Positions 40,079 through 53,100 of a stretch of 64,000 nucleotides of DNA are shown here, piece after piece. Made by a program: the position numbers and the translations under genes. The notes below the pieces were generated by a model that saw only the letters and a list, made by a program, of their open reading frames with translations, was not told where the DNA came from and did no database searches. Location of the stretch: the NCBI GenBank assembly GCA_951406725.2, contig OX597833.1:15996001-16060000 (forward strand). Direction: 5' to 3'. Numbering within the stretch: position 1 is the first letter of the stretch; every line of letters begins with the position of its first letter. The stretch comes from Octopus vulgaris (lineage: Eukaryota).

Positions 40079-40155
<77 letters not shown>
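38164..40155 (+). mobile_element. 5'-truncated R4/Dong-like non-LTR retrotransposon (RT, CCHC, RLE), pseudogenised
   Basis: DYKKAFDSVPH, GIFQGDSPSPLIFCLA, HLFYMDDLK, FGLEKCAK, CRMCHEKDETADHILTGC, RHD, NRPDIV, KYKDL. Contains stops and frameshifts. (TAA)n tail. Confidence 0.92.
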
Positions 40156-40160
<5 letters not shown>

Positions 40161-40780
40161 GGTATAAACACCATCCTGAAGCTGTGACTGGGGGAGAAAA
40201 TGTGTTGATTCTATGGAACTTCCCCGTGCATACCGACAAAACTATAAAAGCTAATAAACCGGATATTATTATAAAAGATCAGATAAAAAAGGTGTGTTTA
40301 TTAATTGACATGAGTATTCCTTGCGATCACAATATAGCAGCGAAAGAATTTGACAAGATTAGTAAATATAAAGACTTGCTAATAGAAATTGAAAAAAATG
40401 TGGCATCTCAAGGCGACTACAGTACCAGTGATTGTAGGATCTCTAGGAATGATAAAAAAAAAGGTACTGAAACCAATTTGAAAATGATACCAGGTTTACC
40501 ATCCCTACAAGAAGTGCAAAAAATCGTGTTAACTGGAACGACTCATGTACTGAGAAGAGCATTATCGATGTGAAAACAACATCCATTCATGAATTTGTTT
40601 ATTTATTAATTTTTTAAATATATGTTTTATCTATAAATTTGCGTGTGTAATCTGGGAATGCATACAATGAGCTTCTCTGCCCTAGGTTTACGGAAAACAC
40701 TCGGCGAGAAACGGAAGAAAATTTGAAGAAAGAAGAAAAAAAAAATAATAATAATAATAATAATATTAATAATAATAATA
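40156..40780 (+). mobile_element. Second, divergent R4/Dong-like 3' fragment
   Basis: KWYKHHPE..ILWNFPVHTDKTIKANKPDII..KISKYKDL..LQEVQKIVLTGTTHVLRR, then a 3' UTR and (TAA)n. Confidence 0.88.
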
Positions 40781-42700
40781 CTTAGTGCTAAAGTCACAAG
40801 GCCTGGAATTTGTGGGGAGGTGACTAGTCGATTCCGAAAGGATGTCGGTGGACTTTCAACTCAGAACGCAATGATTCTATCAGACAATGTTAAAAGATTT
40901 CTGCATAGTTTACTTTAGATAGCGCAGCTTTGGTTTTAAACGGAAGATTTTTGGTACATCCCACACCTCTTTCGTTCAACATGTTATCTCATTAATTCCT
41001 ACCTTGTTGAACACAGGTTTTATATATAAATTGTTTGAGAAGGTCTATTCATGATGTTTAAGCAAGCAAATGACCAAAAACTTTCTATAAAATGGCCGTT
41101 ATTATTCTGGCAAGCTGTGCTTGTGATACGGCAAACTATTCCGTTATATTAATTTCTTTATCGATTGTCTTCTTAAATATACAATTCAGTTGTCATCTGT
41201 TGAACGATAACATCTCGCGCCAGAACCCAACAATTACGTCACTTCCTATACTTCGTTGTGCAATCTTCACACTTTTATGGCGTGTTTTATTTCTATATGT
41301 TTATATGCATGTATACGTATATATATATATGTGATACATGTTTACGCATGCGTTTTGTTGATATTTACGTGTGTGTTGAATGCTATTTTTTTTTATTATT
41401 ATTATTATTATTTATTTTTTTTTTTTGCATAATCGATTCGTGTAAATTTTTATGAGGTTTCCAACGACATCAAGGGATTTAATGTCTGCCATCGACTTAG
41501 AGTCACTGAACGGAATAGAATAATCTTCCATATTGTCAGATTACAACGTCTCCTCAAATTCTTGTCTTCTTCATTTATCCTCTTATTTTATTTTAACCTC
41601 TAAAAGACTTTGCTTCTCTCTTTCACAATTTATCTTCTCTCTTCACTCTCATTCTCCCCTCTTTTCCCTCACTTTCTCCTTCACTCTCCGTCCCGATTTG
41701 CTTAATATATTTATCCTTCTTTTCTTTTTCTATAACATTTCTTTTATACTTGAGAAATAGTCTTCACAATCGTCAGCATTTTACCGCATACAAACCTTTT
41801 GAATAATCTTAATGTTAATATAATGTTTTATATTTCATTTTAGATTCCAGACAGTATTTCTTCCGAAGTAATTTTGTTTCAGTTTCGGAAGAAAAAAATA
41901 TGCTGCGGATTACTAATGTAATCCGTAAAATATATTACTTAAGTGGCCTTTATCCCCTGAGAAATTATTTGTCAATTTAATACATTTTTGCTGCTTTGGT
42001 ATGACGTCATTGATGATGAAGAGTAGATTCATATTGCCAAGCAGTTATATATTTTTTAGACCTCTCCATCTCAGTTGTTTTTCTGATATCATTTTAAAGT
42101 TATTGTAAACTTTCACACATGCGCACACAGATACACATACACACACTTCCCGTTTAAATTTCTTTCCATTTGCCTCTCACTCCCTCTTTTTTCTCTCCCT
42201 TTGAAATTGTATATATATACATATATACATATATATATATAAATGACGGGATTCTTTCAGTTTCTGTCTACCAAATCCACTTGCAAGGCTTTTGTCGGCC
42301 CGAGGCTATGACAGAATACACACGCCCAAGATGCCATGCAGTGGGACTGAACTGGAACCACATGTTTGGGAAGTAAGATTCTTACCACACGGCCACTTAT
42401 GCGCCTATGTATAACAATACGTCGCATTTGTATTATTGTACTAATACCGAAAAAATATCGACTCTCAAGGTTATATACAAAACCATTTGCATTCTTCTTT
42501 TTGATATTTATTTATACCCTATGGGTATTTACATACTTCATAAATATAATAGCTCTAACCATACATTTCAGTTTTATAATTCTATCCGATATCTCTATTA
42601 CCCGTGGACAAGTTTAATGAAGCAACCTCCATGGTTAAAACCCAAACGGAATTGATATATTATGAATAGATATATGCTTATGTGTATATATGTATGCATG

Positions 42701-42780
<80 letters not shown>

Positions 42781-42781
42781 G

Positions 42782-42834
<53 letters not shown>

Positions 42835-42836
<2 letters not shown>

Positions 42837-43033
42837 TTAAATCCTTAAAAATGTTTTAGCCCGAAGGCCGCGGCCATGCTGGGGCACCACCGCTGAATGA
42901 GCTACACTAGTTTGTGAATCCACCTCTGATACGTGGCACTTGATCAACAAGGGAGTTCGATGCTGCTGCCCGCATCCGTGTCTCCTGTCGTGAGGTAGGT
43001 TCATCTGGGACTCCCAACAAGAAGAGATCCAGT

Positions 43034-43035
<2 letters not shown>
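42835..43035 (-). mobile_element. CR1-like LINE extreme 3' end
   Basis: [33 protein letters not shown], then tail ggtgccccagcatggccgcggccttcgggctaaaaca and short repeats. Confidence 0.8.
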
Positions 43036-43100
<65 letters not shown>

Positions 43101-43111
43101 TTATATATATG

Positions 43112-43172
<61 letters not shown>

Positions 43173-43173
43173 G

Positions 43174-43289
<116 letters not shown>

Positions 43290-43779
43290 TCTGTTTATGA
43301 ACAGAAAAAAGGGAGAAAGGGAATTATACACATCCTTGCCAATATGGAGCAAGATAATGTTACAATAATATAGAGTTTTGTTAAAGTTTATCTCGTTTTA
43401 TTCATTGTCGGTTTTCTCCATGAAGGCATGATAGCACCGGACGAAGCTAATAAAATATCATTTATCAGAACAACTGCCTGAAGGTTGCGAAAATAAACAA
43501 CTGTCACATTGCCTACAAACATATCCAGAATTTTCAGGTATATATAAAATTTACTTTTCCGTGAAATTATTCTGGAAATTATCTCTCTTTTTCTTTGAGA
43601 GGCGTCGATAACGATTCTTAGGTATTTGCTTGCTTCCTTTCTTTAAGTAAGAAACACAATCCGATTCCTACCAAAATATTCGCGTTATATTCTCTTCATC
43701 GGTACCTACCGGATTTCTCATAAATGTATGTCACTTTTTGAGATAAGAAATATTTGTGGAGAGTTGTTCCTCTTTTCTA

Positions 43780-44875
43780 TTCATCATTACTGAAGGAAGG
43801 ACACCTCCTGGGACTCCTTCCACTGCTGTCTGTCTCTGGACAGTCATGGCCAAGTAGGCGCCAGAAAGCGGATGATATCTCGCCAACAAAAAGGCGGTGA
43901 GCTGGCAGAATCGTTAGCACGCCGGACGAAATGCGTAGCCGTATTTCGTCTGCAGTTACGTTCTGAGTTCAAATTCCGCCGAGGTCGACTTTGCCTTTCA
44001 TCCTTTCGGGGTCGATAAATTAAGTACCAGTCACGCACTGGGGTCGATATAATCGACTTAATCCGTCTGTCTGTCCTTGTTTGTCTCCTCTGTGTTTAGT
44101 CCCTTGTGGGTACTAAAGAAATAGGTATTTCGTCTGCCGTTACGTTCTGAGTTCAAATTCCGCCGAGGTCGACTTTGCCTTTCATCCTTTCGGGGTCGAT
44201 AAATTAAGTACCAGTTACGCACTGGGATCGATATAATCGACTTAATCCGTCTGTCTGTTCTTGTTTGTCCTCTGTGTTTAGCCCCTTGTGGGTACTAAAG
44301 AAATAGATATTTCGCCTGCCGTTACGTTCTGAGTTCAAATTCCGCCGAGGTCGACTTTGCCTTTCATCCTTTCGGGGTCGATAAATTAAGTATCAGTTAC
44401 GCACTGGGGTCGATATAATCGACTTAATCCGTCTGTCTGTCCTTGTTTGTCTCCTCTGTGTTTAGTCCCTTGTGGGTACTAAAGAAATTGGTATTTCGTC
44501 TGCCGTTACGTTCTGAGTTCAAATTCCGCCGAGGTCGACTTTGCCTTTCATCCTTTCGGGGTCGATAAATTAAGTACCAGTTACACACTGGGGTCGATAT
44601 AATCGACTTAATCCGTCTGTCTGTCCTTGTTTGTCTCCTCTGTGTTTAGTCCCTTGTGGGTAGTAAAGAAATAGATATCTCGCCAACTTGTCTTTGGGCA
44701 GGCTCTTGATCTTGTCCATTGTCTAGGTGTCCATTCCCCCACACTGATTGTCCTTCAGTTGCGCGATGTGGTCAGCCCTCTTACATTTCGTCTCCTTAAT
44801 GGTGCTTTTGATCTTGGTGATTCTCGTTTACTGTTGTATCCAGGCGTTGGTTTTTTTGTCCTGCTATAATTCTTT
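43780..44875 (-). mobile_element. Decayed RTE-like LINE 3' end interrupted by the SINE tetramer
   Basis: WIQQ*TRITKIKSTIKETK..ADHIAQLKDN.. and WRDIIRFLAPTWP*LSRDRQQWK. Confidence 0.6.
43893..44673 (+). mobile_element. Group C SINE tetramer
   Basis: One head and four body units of about 183 bp. 14-bp TSD gatatctcgccaac (43874-43887, 44674-44687). Confidence 0.92.
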
Positions 44876-45014
44876 CTATTTTCCGTTCGTGGGTGTCAAT
44901 GGAGACTTTTATGAATGCATTATTACAATGAAAGCATCATAAAAGATTAGATGATTTGTACTTTTAAAGAAGTCAGTTTTCTAGAAGCTACAGATTATCA
45001 TGTATCTTTTAAAT

Positions 45015-45395
45015 TTTACTTGCTCAGTCATTGGGCAGCAGTCACGCTGGAGCACCACTTTAATGAATTTTAATCAAACAAATCGACCCCTGTACTTATG
45101 GTATTTTCAAGTACGATAATTATTCTCTTGGTCATTTTTGCCGAATCGCTAAGTCATTAGACGTGAACAAACCAGCATCACTTGTCAAGTAGTGGTATGG
45201 GACAAACACAAGGCAAATACACACATGTGGATATACGATAGGCTTCCACGCAGTTTCCTTCTACGAATTTCGCTCATAAGGTATTGATCGACTCGGAGTA
45301 ATGCTAGAAGACACTTGAAAAGTTGTTTTGCAGCGGGACTGAACCCGAAACAATGCGGTTTCAAAGTGCGTTAACCGTAGAGCCAATGCTCGCTC
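45015..45395 (-). mobile_element. Old group B SINE
   Basis: Degenerate match to group B. Confidence 0.7.
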
Positions 45396-45869
45396 TTATA
45401 TTACTGCGAAAATATCTGACATTTTTGCTGCAAATTTTAGTCTCTCAATTCGTATCTATTTCACATATTCCTTTTTATGATGTTTACAAAGAACGGAGAT
45501 GAATATTTCCTTTATTTTGACAAAGCCCCCGAAGACCTGTGTACGAAGACACTAAGAAATGGCAGGTTTTTAATGACATTTCTCGGTAAAATATTTCTTG
45601 ATATCTGACATTTTATATTTGTTAAATCCGGAAGAAAGGGACTGTTGACGGCATTTGCAAGGATTCCGAGACCAGTGGGTAATGCCACCTACGTTCAACT
45701 TCAACAGTTTGAATTTGACGCCTGTAATAAAAACATGTGCACTAAGAAATTCTTGGCAAGAATGACAGAGTAGAAAGTCATTGGTATTGATATCCAAATT
45801 GAATAGGTGTGTGATAAGAGGAGCAAAATCTATATAACTACAGAACAAAATTTGAGGAAAATTCAGCCT

Positions 45870-47118
45870 GGAGAGAATAGATGGTCTATAGGTCAGTGTT
45901 GAGAAAATAGATGATCTATGGGTCAGTGTTGAGAGAATAGATGGTCTATGGGTCAGTGTTGAGAGAATAGATGGTCTATAGGTCAGTGTTGAGAAAATAG
46001 ATGATCTATGGGTCAGTGTTGAGAGAATAGATGGTCTATGGGTCAGTGTTGAGAGAATAGATGATCTATGGGTCAGTGTTGAGAGAATAGATGGTCTATG
46101 GGTCAGTGTTGAGAGAATAGATGATCTATGGGTCAGTGTTGAGAGAATAGATGGTCTATGGGTCAGTGTTGAGAGAATAGATGGTCTATGGGTCAGTGTT
46201 GAGAGAATAGATGGTCTGTGGGTCAGTGTTGAGAGAATAGATGGTCTATGTGTCAGTGTTGAGAGAATAGATGGTCTATGTGTCAGTGTTGAGAGAATAG
46301 ATGGTCTATGTGTCAGTGTTGAGAGAATAGATGGTCTATGTGTCAATGTTGAAAGAATAGATGGTCTATGAGTCAGTGTTGAGAGAATAGATGGTCTATG
46401 AGTCAGTGATCAGAGAATAGATGGTCTATGGGTCAGTGTTGAGAGAATAGATGGTCTATGGGTCAGTGTTGAGAGAATAGATGGTCTATGAGTCAGTGTT
46501 GAGCGAATAGATGGTCTATGGGTCAGTGTTGAGAGAATAGATGGTCTATGGGTCAGTGTTGATAGAATAGATGTTCTATGAGTCAGTGTTGAGAGAATAT
46601 ATGGTCGATGGTCTATGGGTCAGTGTTGAGAGAATAGATGGTCTATGTGTCAGTGTTGAAAGAATAGATGGTCTATGTGTCAGTGTTGAGAGAATAGATG
46701 GTCATGTGTCAGTGTTGAGAGAATAGATGGTCTATGTGTCAATGTTGAAAGAATAGATGGTCTATGAGTCAGTGTTGAGAGAATAGATGGTCTATGAGTC
46801 AGTGATCAGAGAATAGATGGTCTATGGGTCAGTGTTGAGAGAATAGATGGTCTATGGGTCAGTGTTGAGAGAATAGATGGTCTATGAGTCAGTGTTGAGC
46901 GAATAGATGGTCTATGGGTCAGTGTTGAGAGAATAGATGGTCTATGGGTCAGTGTTGATAGAATAGATGTTCTATGAGTCAGTGTTGAGAGAATATATGG
47001 TCGATGGTCTATGGGTCAGTGTTGAGAGAATAGATGGTCTATGAGTCAGTGTTGAGAGAATAGATAATCTATGAGTCAGCGTTGAGAGAATAGATGGTCT
47101 ATCAATCAGTGTTGAGAG
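45870..47118. repeat. 30-bp minisatellite, about 41 units (gagagaatagatggtctatgggtcagtgtt)
   Basis: Seen directly. Variant units recur with a 396-bp offset. Confidence 0.97.
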
Positions 47119-47614
47119 ATTTGTGTCTGGATAAGGGAGTATGCGTGCTTGTATGAAGGGTGGGGTAGGGTTCAAGTTGGATCGAAGTCTACGGCAGTCG
47201 TAGAAGAGAAACGAGGATACATTAGCGGGTTAATTATGAGTATCTTGGAGAGTGTAAATAGTGGCGGCATCCTGAAAACTTACGATAAAGAGCTGCCAGG
47301 TGCCGCGATCCCATGCTTGTAACCGTTCATTCTATATTAGGAACACATGTGGCCAGAAGGTGAAGTTAAACTAGGCAGCATGATGGACATACTTCTCAGA
47401 GTAAAGAGGGATCCGCGAATCATTTCTAACAGGACTACACGAGAGAGGTAGTAACGGAACGTATAATTCCGTTACTTTATAAGCGGCACAGTGCCACTGG
47501 GTTGTTCGTTAAATTCGTTCGTTTCGTTCCAATGTTTGAATTAACACGAGAAATATTTTTATCATAGTGTTTCAGGGTTTTACATATACATGTATGTGTA
47601 TATACATATATATA

Positions 47615-47673
<59 letters not shown>

Positions 47674-48466
47674 GTATATATATTTTTATATATATATACA
47701 TACTTTTATATATGCATATGTATGTATATAGATATATACTTAGTTACATATATATGCATGTATGTATATATATACTTATGTACATATATATGCATATGTA
47801 GATATATATATATATATATATTTACATATATATATGTGTACATGCATGTGTATATACACACACAGTGCGCGCCTATATTTGCATAAATATTGTGTATGCA
47901 TACACATACACACACGTATATATATGCGTGTGTATACATATATACATAAATGTATATGTGTGTGCGTGTATGTATGTATATGTATATGCGTACGTATGTG
48001 TATATGTGTGTGTGTTGTGAGTACACACGCACATACCACAAATGCACACATAATGCAGAACGTAAATAGAAGGAAGAGGGGAAAAAATGGCGAAACGGGA
48101 AAGTTTATCGAACGCAATGTGAACTATATTCGTTGAGGAAGAATCGAATGACACTACAGCAATCCTAACACTATGTGCCCCATTGAAACACTTCTCGTTG
48201 TATAGGACATAAAATCCAACCCTAACCAGATATTTTTCCTTGAACTTAAGTTGGTTCCTCACGTGTATACGTATATTTTTCGATCGCCCTCTTGTTTCCT
48301 TCGGTCGTTATTGCTTCTGATTCCCCTTGGAAATACGTGTAAGTTTTATTTGATTTGAGTCCTGAAGAGATATGCACACGAATCTATAGACTCACTAATA
48401 CAAGTATGTATGTAACATATATCCACTAACATACAAATATATACATAAGCATTTACATTTATATTG

Positions 48467-48925
48467 AGTGGCTGTGTGGTAAGTAGCTTGCCTACCAACC
48501 ACATGGCTCTCGGTTCAGTCCAACTGCGTGGCACTTTGAACAAGTGCCTTCTACTATAGTCTCGGCCGACCAAAGCCTTGTGAGTGGATTTCATAGACAG
48601 AAACTGAAAGAAGCCCGTCGTGTATATATGTGTGTATGTGTTTATGTATGTTTTGTGTGTGTTTCTGTGTGTGTGAGTGTGTGTGTGTGTGTGTGTGTTT
48701 CTGTGTGTGTGTGTGTGCATGTTTGTGTGTGTGTTTGTTCCCATACCATCACTTGACAACCGATGTTGGTGTGTTCACATCCCCGTAACTTAGCAGTTCG
48801 GCAAAAGGAAAAGATACAGTAAGTACTAGGCTTACAAAGAATAGGTCCTGGGGTCGATTTGTTCGACTAAAGGCGGTGCTCCAGCATGGCCGCAGTCAAA
48901 TGGCTGAAACAGATAAAAGAAAAAA
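48467..48925 (+). mobile_element. Group B SINE
   Basis: Consensus match. Confidence 0.85.
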
Positions 48926-48957
48926 GAAAAAAACCAAAGCATATATGTATGTATATG

Positions 48958-49021
<64 letters not shown>

Positions 49022-49198
49022 TACATGTATGCACATAAGTATAATATACGATTAGAAATCTCTGCGTGTGTGTATTTCTTTTATATATGTAAAAGAGTGC
49101 CGAAAAATACAGAGACTGACATGGAAAAATATATGCTTGTATGTGTTTCCATGTAGGTAGATGTATATATGCTCTGTGTGTGTGTGCGTGCGTATATT

Positions 49199-49582
49199 TG
49201 TGGAGGCCCAATGGCACAGTGGTTAGGACAGCGGACTCGCGGTCATAGGATTGCGATTTCGCTTCCCAGACCGGGCCATGTGAGTGTTTATTGAGCGAAA
49301 ACACCCAAAGTTCCACGAGACTCCGGCAGTGGGTAGTGGTGAACCCTGCTGTACTCTTTCACCACAACTTTCTCTCACTCTTTCTTCCTGTTTCTGTGGT
49401 ACCTATATTTCAAAGGACCAACCCTGTCACACACTGTGTCACGCTGAATCTCCCCGAGAACTACGTCAAGGGGTACACGTGTCTGTAGAGTGCCCAGTCA
49501 CTTGCACGTTAATTCTCGAGCAGGCTGTTCCGTTGATCGGATCAACTCGGTCCCTCCCTCGTCGTCGGAACCAACCCAGTGC
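49199..49582 (+). mobile_element. Group A SINE, body variant A2
   Basis: Group A head, then ..cacttgcacgttaatt..gttgatcggatcaac. Inverted homolog at 50263-50688. Confidence 0.85.
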
Positions 49583-49670
49583 CACTATACTATATATAAG
49601 CACATATATATAAATACATATATTTATATATATGTATATATATATATACATACATACATACATACATACA

Positions 49671-49741
<71 letters not shown>

Positions 49742-49746
<5 letters not shown>

Positions 49747-49886
49747 AAGAAATGAGGTACTCAGAAATTCGGATGGTTTTATATTTACAGATATTTATTT
49801 GTAAATTACATGTTTTTATAGATCATATATCTTAGAAATGAATACCTGTAAATATAAAACCATCCGAATTTTTTAGTACCTCATTT
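49742..49886. repeat. Imperfect inverted repeat (arms about 60 bp) in (TA)n
   Basis: agaagaaatgaggtact..ttcggatggttttatatttacag versus ctgtaaatataaaaccatccgaa..agtacctcatttcttct. Confidence 0.85.
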
Positions 49887-49924
49887 CTTCTAATATAAAA
49901 TACCTGTACATCATCTCCAAAACT

Positions 49925-49995
<71 letters not shown>

Positions 49996-50071
49996 ACACA
50001 CACACACACATATATATATAAATCAGACTCCCATGAATATTCATAATTTTATATCTTTATATGTAAGCAGC

Positions 50072-50122
<51 letters not shown>

Positions 50123-50262
50123 ATAGCCAAACATCTGTGTGCACATAAAGATTTAAAATTATGAATATTCATGACAGTCTGGCTTAATTTAAACATTGAA
50201 CAAAATGCAAATATCAAAGACATGAATAGCTAATGATACGTGTTTTCTACAGTATATGTATA

Positions 50263-50685
50263 TGTGGAAGCACTCCGTCGGTTACAACGACGAGGGTTCC
50301 GGTTGATCCGATCAACGGAACAGCCTGCTCGTGAAATTAATGTGCAAGTGGCTGAGCACTCCACAGACACGTGTACCCTTAACGCAGTTCTCGGGCATAT
50401 TCAGCGTGATACAGAGAGTGACAAGGCCGGCCCTTTGAAATACAGGTACAACAGAAACAGGAAGTAAGAGAGAGAAAAAGTTGTGGTGAAAGAGTACAGC
50501 AGGGATCACCACCATCCCCTGCCGGAGCCTCGTGGAGCTTTAGGTGTTTTCGCTCAATAAACACTCACAAGGCCCGGTCTGGGAATCGAAACCGCGATCC
50601 TACGACCGCGAGTCCGCTGCCTTAACCACTGGGTCATTGCGCCCCCACATAGTCCGCTGCCCTAACCACTGGGCCATTGCGCCTC

Positions 50686-50688
<3 letters not shown>
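50263..50688 (-). mobile_element. Group A2 SINE with duplicated 5' head
   Basis: Reverse complement of 49199-49582. The first roughly 36 nt are repeated. Confidence 0.85.
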
Positions 50689-50721
<33 letters not shown>

Positions 50722-50724
<3 letters not shown>

Positions 50725-51394
50725 TTAACAATTAAGGACAACTTCTTAATAAGGAATCTTAACAAGAAATTATCAGGTAGATAGCGTGAAAAACCTCATA
50801 AGAGAAAAAATTTCGAAAATAATTCTTTCTTATTGAACATATTAATTTATATATAGAGGGCATTATTATACATACATGCCACACGCTACGAGGGACAATT
50901 AGTCATTTCTACCAAAAAATTTTACTTATCATACCCAATGCAATTTTTACAAAGCAAGACATTTAAAAATGAATTTAATCTTGTATCACCTGTGATTTCG
51001 TACTTACCGCCATTAGCGACCGTACTCGTCAGCAAGATTGATTCTGAACATATCATAAATAAACGACCAGTCTCGTCAAAACCAAACTGCTAACTGCTCG
51101 ATCCCAACGAAGCACATAGAGAAGTTTACATATAATACATCCGGTAAATGGCAGGCTTCTTCGAATTGCATTTCGGGTAGGAAAAGTTTTTTCGGAATAA
51201 AATTATTTAACAATTAAGGACAACTTCTTAATAAGGAATCTTAACAAGAAATTATCAGGTAAATAGCGTGAAAAACCTCATAAGAGAAAAAATTTCGAAA
51301 ATAATTCTTTCTTATTGAACATATTAATTTATATATAGAGGGCATTATTATACATACATGCCACACGCTACGAGGGACAATTAGTCATTTCTAC
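50722..51394 (-). mobile_element. Partial tandem repeat (482-bp period, 191-bp direct repeats) carrying a hammerhead: retrozyme or PLE pseudo-LTR
   Basis: 50722-50912 equals 51204-51394 with one visible mismatch. No ORF in the supplied track. Microsatellite flanks. Confidence 0.8.
50977..51039 (-). ncRNA. Canonical type I hammerhead ribozyme
   Basis: aatcttg-CTGACGA-gtac..gtac-GAAA-tca cagg tg-ATA-caagatt. 7-bp stem I, G-C closed stem II, paired stem III, AUA site. Confidence 0.85.
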
Positions 51395-51442
51395 GAGGGA
51401 CAATTAGTCGCGTAGATAGATAGATAGATCTATAGATATCTC

Positions 51443-51518
<76 letters not shown>

Positions 51519-51519
51519 C

Positions 51520-51905
51520 GTTTATTCTTATACTTGTTTGAGTCATTTGACAGCGGCCATGCTGGTGCACAGTCTTTTGTCGAACAAATCGAACTCGGGG
51601 CTTATTTTTTGTAAGCCTAGTACTTATTCTATAGTTTGCTTTTGCCGAACTGCTACGTTTCAGGGACGTAAACACAGCGTCATTGGTTGTTAAGCGATGG
51701 GAGGAACAAACAGACACACAAACATATACATACATACATATCACAGGCTTCTTTCATTTTCCGCCTACCAAATAATCTACTCACAAAAATTTGGTCATTC
51801 CAAGGCTATAGTAAAGGACACTTGGCCAATGTGCCACGCAGTGGGGCTGAACCCAGAACCATGTGGTTGGGAAGCAAGATTCTTAATAGACAGCCCCACC
51901 TGCAC
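51520..51905 (-). mobile_element. Group B SINE
   Basis: Consensus match. Confidence 0.8.
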
Positions 51906-52214
51906 GTAGCTTCCTACCACACAGCCCCATACATTCATACACACGCAGACAGATATAGATATATACGAAAACCTACACGCACACCAAGACACACATGTAT
52001 GTGTCTGTAAGTATGTATAAACTCAGACATGTTTTGTCTTACAAAAGTGGGACACTCATAAAAATCTTGCTGTTAATTTGAATTCTGGAAGGCGAAGTCT
52101 ATTTTCCCTATAATATTGAGTATTGAGTAGTGTGGAAGGCAACAGAAAGCTCAAACGCATAGGGGACACGTATACACTATACTAAAGAAGTATTTACTCC
52201 TAGTTTCTTTTCTG

Positions 52215-52870
52215 CCCTAGGCACAAGGCCCAACATTTTTTGGGTGGGTGGGGGGCGACTAGTCCATTAGATCCACCCCAGTCAGCAACTGGTACTTAAT
52301 TTAGCGATCCTGAAATGACGAAAGGCAACGTCGACCTCAACGGACTTTTGAACTCAGAACGTAACGGCACACGAAATACCTATTTCTTTACTACCCACAA
52401 GGGGCTAAACACTGAGGGGACAAGCGAGGAAAGACAAACGGATTAAGTCAATTTTATCGACCCCAGTGCATAACTGGTACTTATTTCATCGATCCCGAAA
52501 GGATGAAAGGCAAAGTCGACCTCGGCGGAATTTGAACTCAGAACGCAGCGGCGGACGAAATACCGCTAAGCATTTCGCCCGGCATGCTAAAGTTTCTGCC
52601 AGCTCACCGTCTTAAATATTCTTTTTGTATTCTAGGCACAAGGCCCAAAATCTTGGGAGAGGGGACCAGTCGATTAAATCGACCCCAGCACGCAAGGAGA
52701 AAGGCAAAGTCGGCCTCAACGGGATTTTGAACTCAGAACATAAAGACAGACGAAATAGCTATTTCTTTACTACTCACAAGGGGCTAAACACAGAGGGGAC
52801 AAACAAGGACAGACAAACGGATTAAGTCGATTACATCGTCCTCAGAGCGTAATTTATCGATCCCGAAACT
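52215..52870 (-). mobile_element. Cluster of group C SINE dimers and fragments
   Basis: Junction gaaata(c/g)ctatttc at about 52378 and about 52758. Confidence 0.75.
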
Positions 52871-53065
52871 CATATATATATATTCCTAATTATATTAGAA
52901 GGTACACGAAATACTAGTTTGCTAGAAACTGGAAACAAAAACCTCCAACTTAACCACCAAAGTCATTGAAAATATGCAACAGTAAGCCTCGTGTCATTTT
53001 CAAATAGGTTTCAGTGCCTTTTTTTATCATTCCTAGATATTATTTAAAATTCCTAGAGACTATTA

Positions 53066-53100
<35 letters not shown>

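Noticed and set aside
42002-42009. Isolated TGACGTCA (CRE) site
   Set aside because: A single 8-mer is expected by chance in 64 kb, and there is no supporting context.
43893-44673. Hammerhead within the group C tandem unit (retrozyme hypothesis)
   Set aside because: No CTGANGA/GAAA core found on either strand of the unit by eye.
45870-47118. CRISPR-like periodic array and the 258-aa THRPSILSTL ORF
   Set aside because: Units are contiguous with no unique spacers, there are no cas genes, and the context is eukaryotic. The ORF is a by-product of the 30-bp period.
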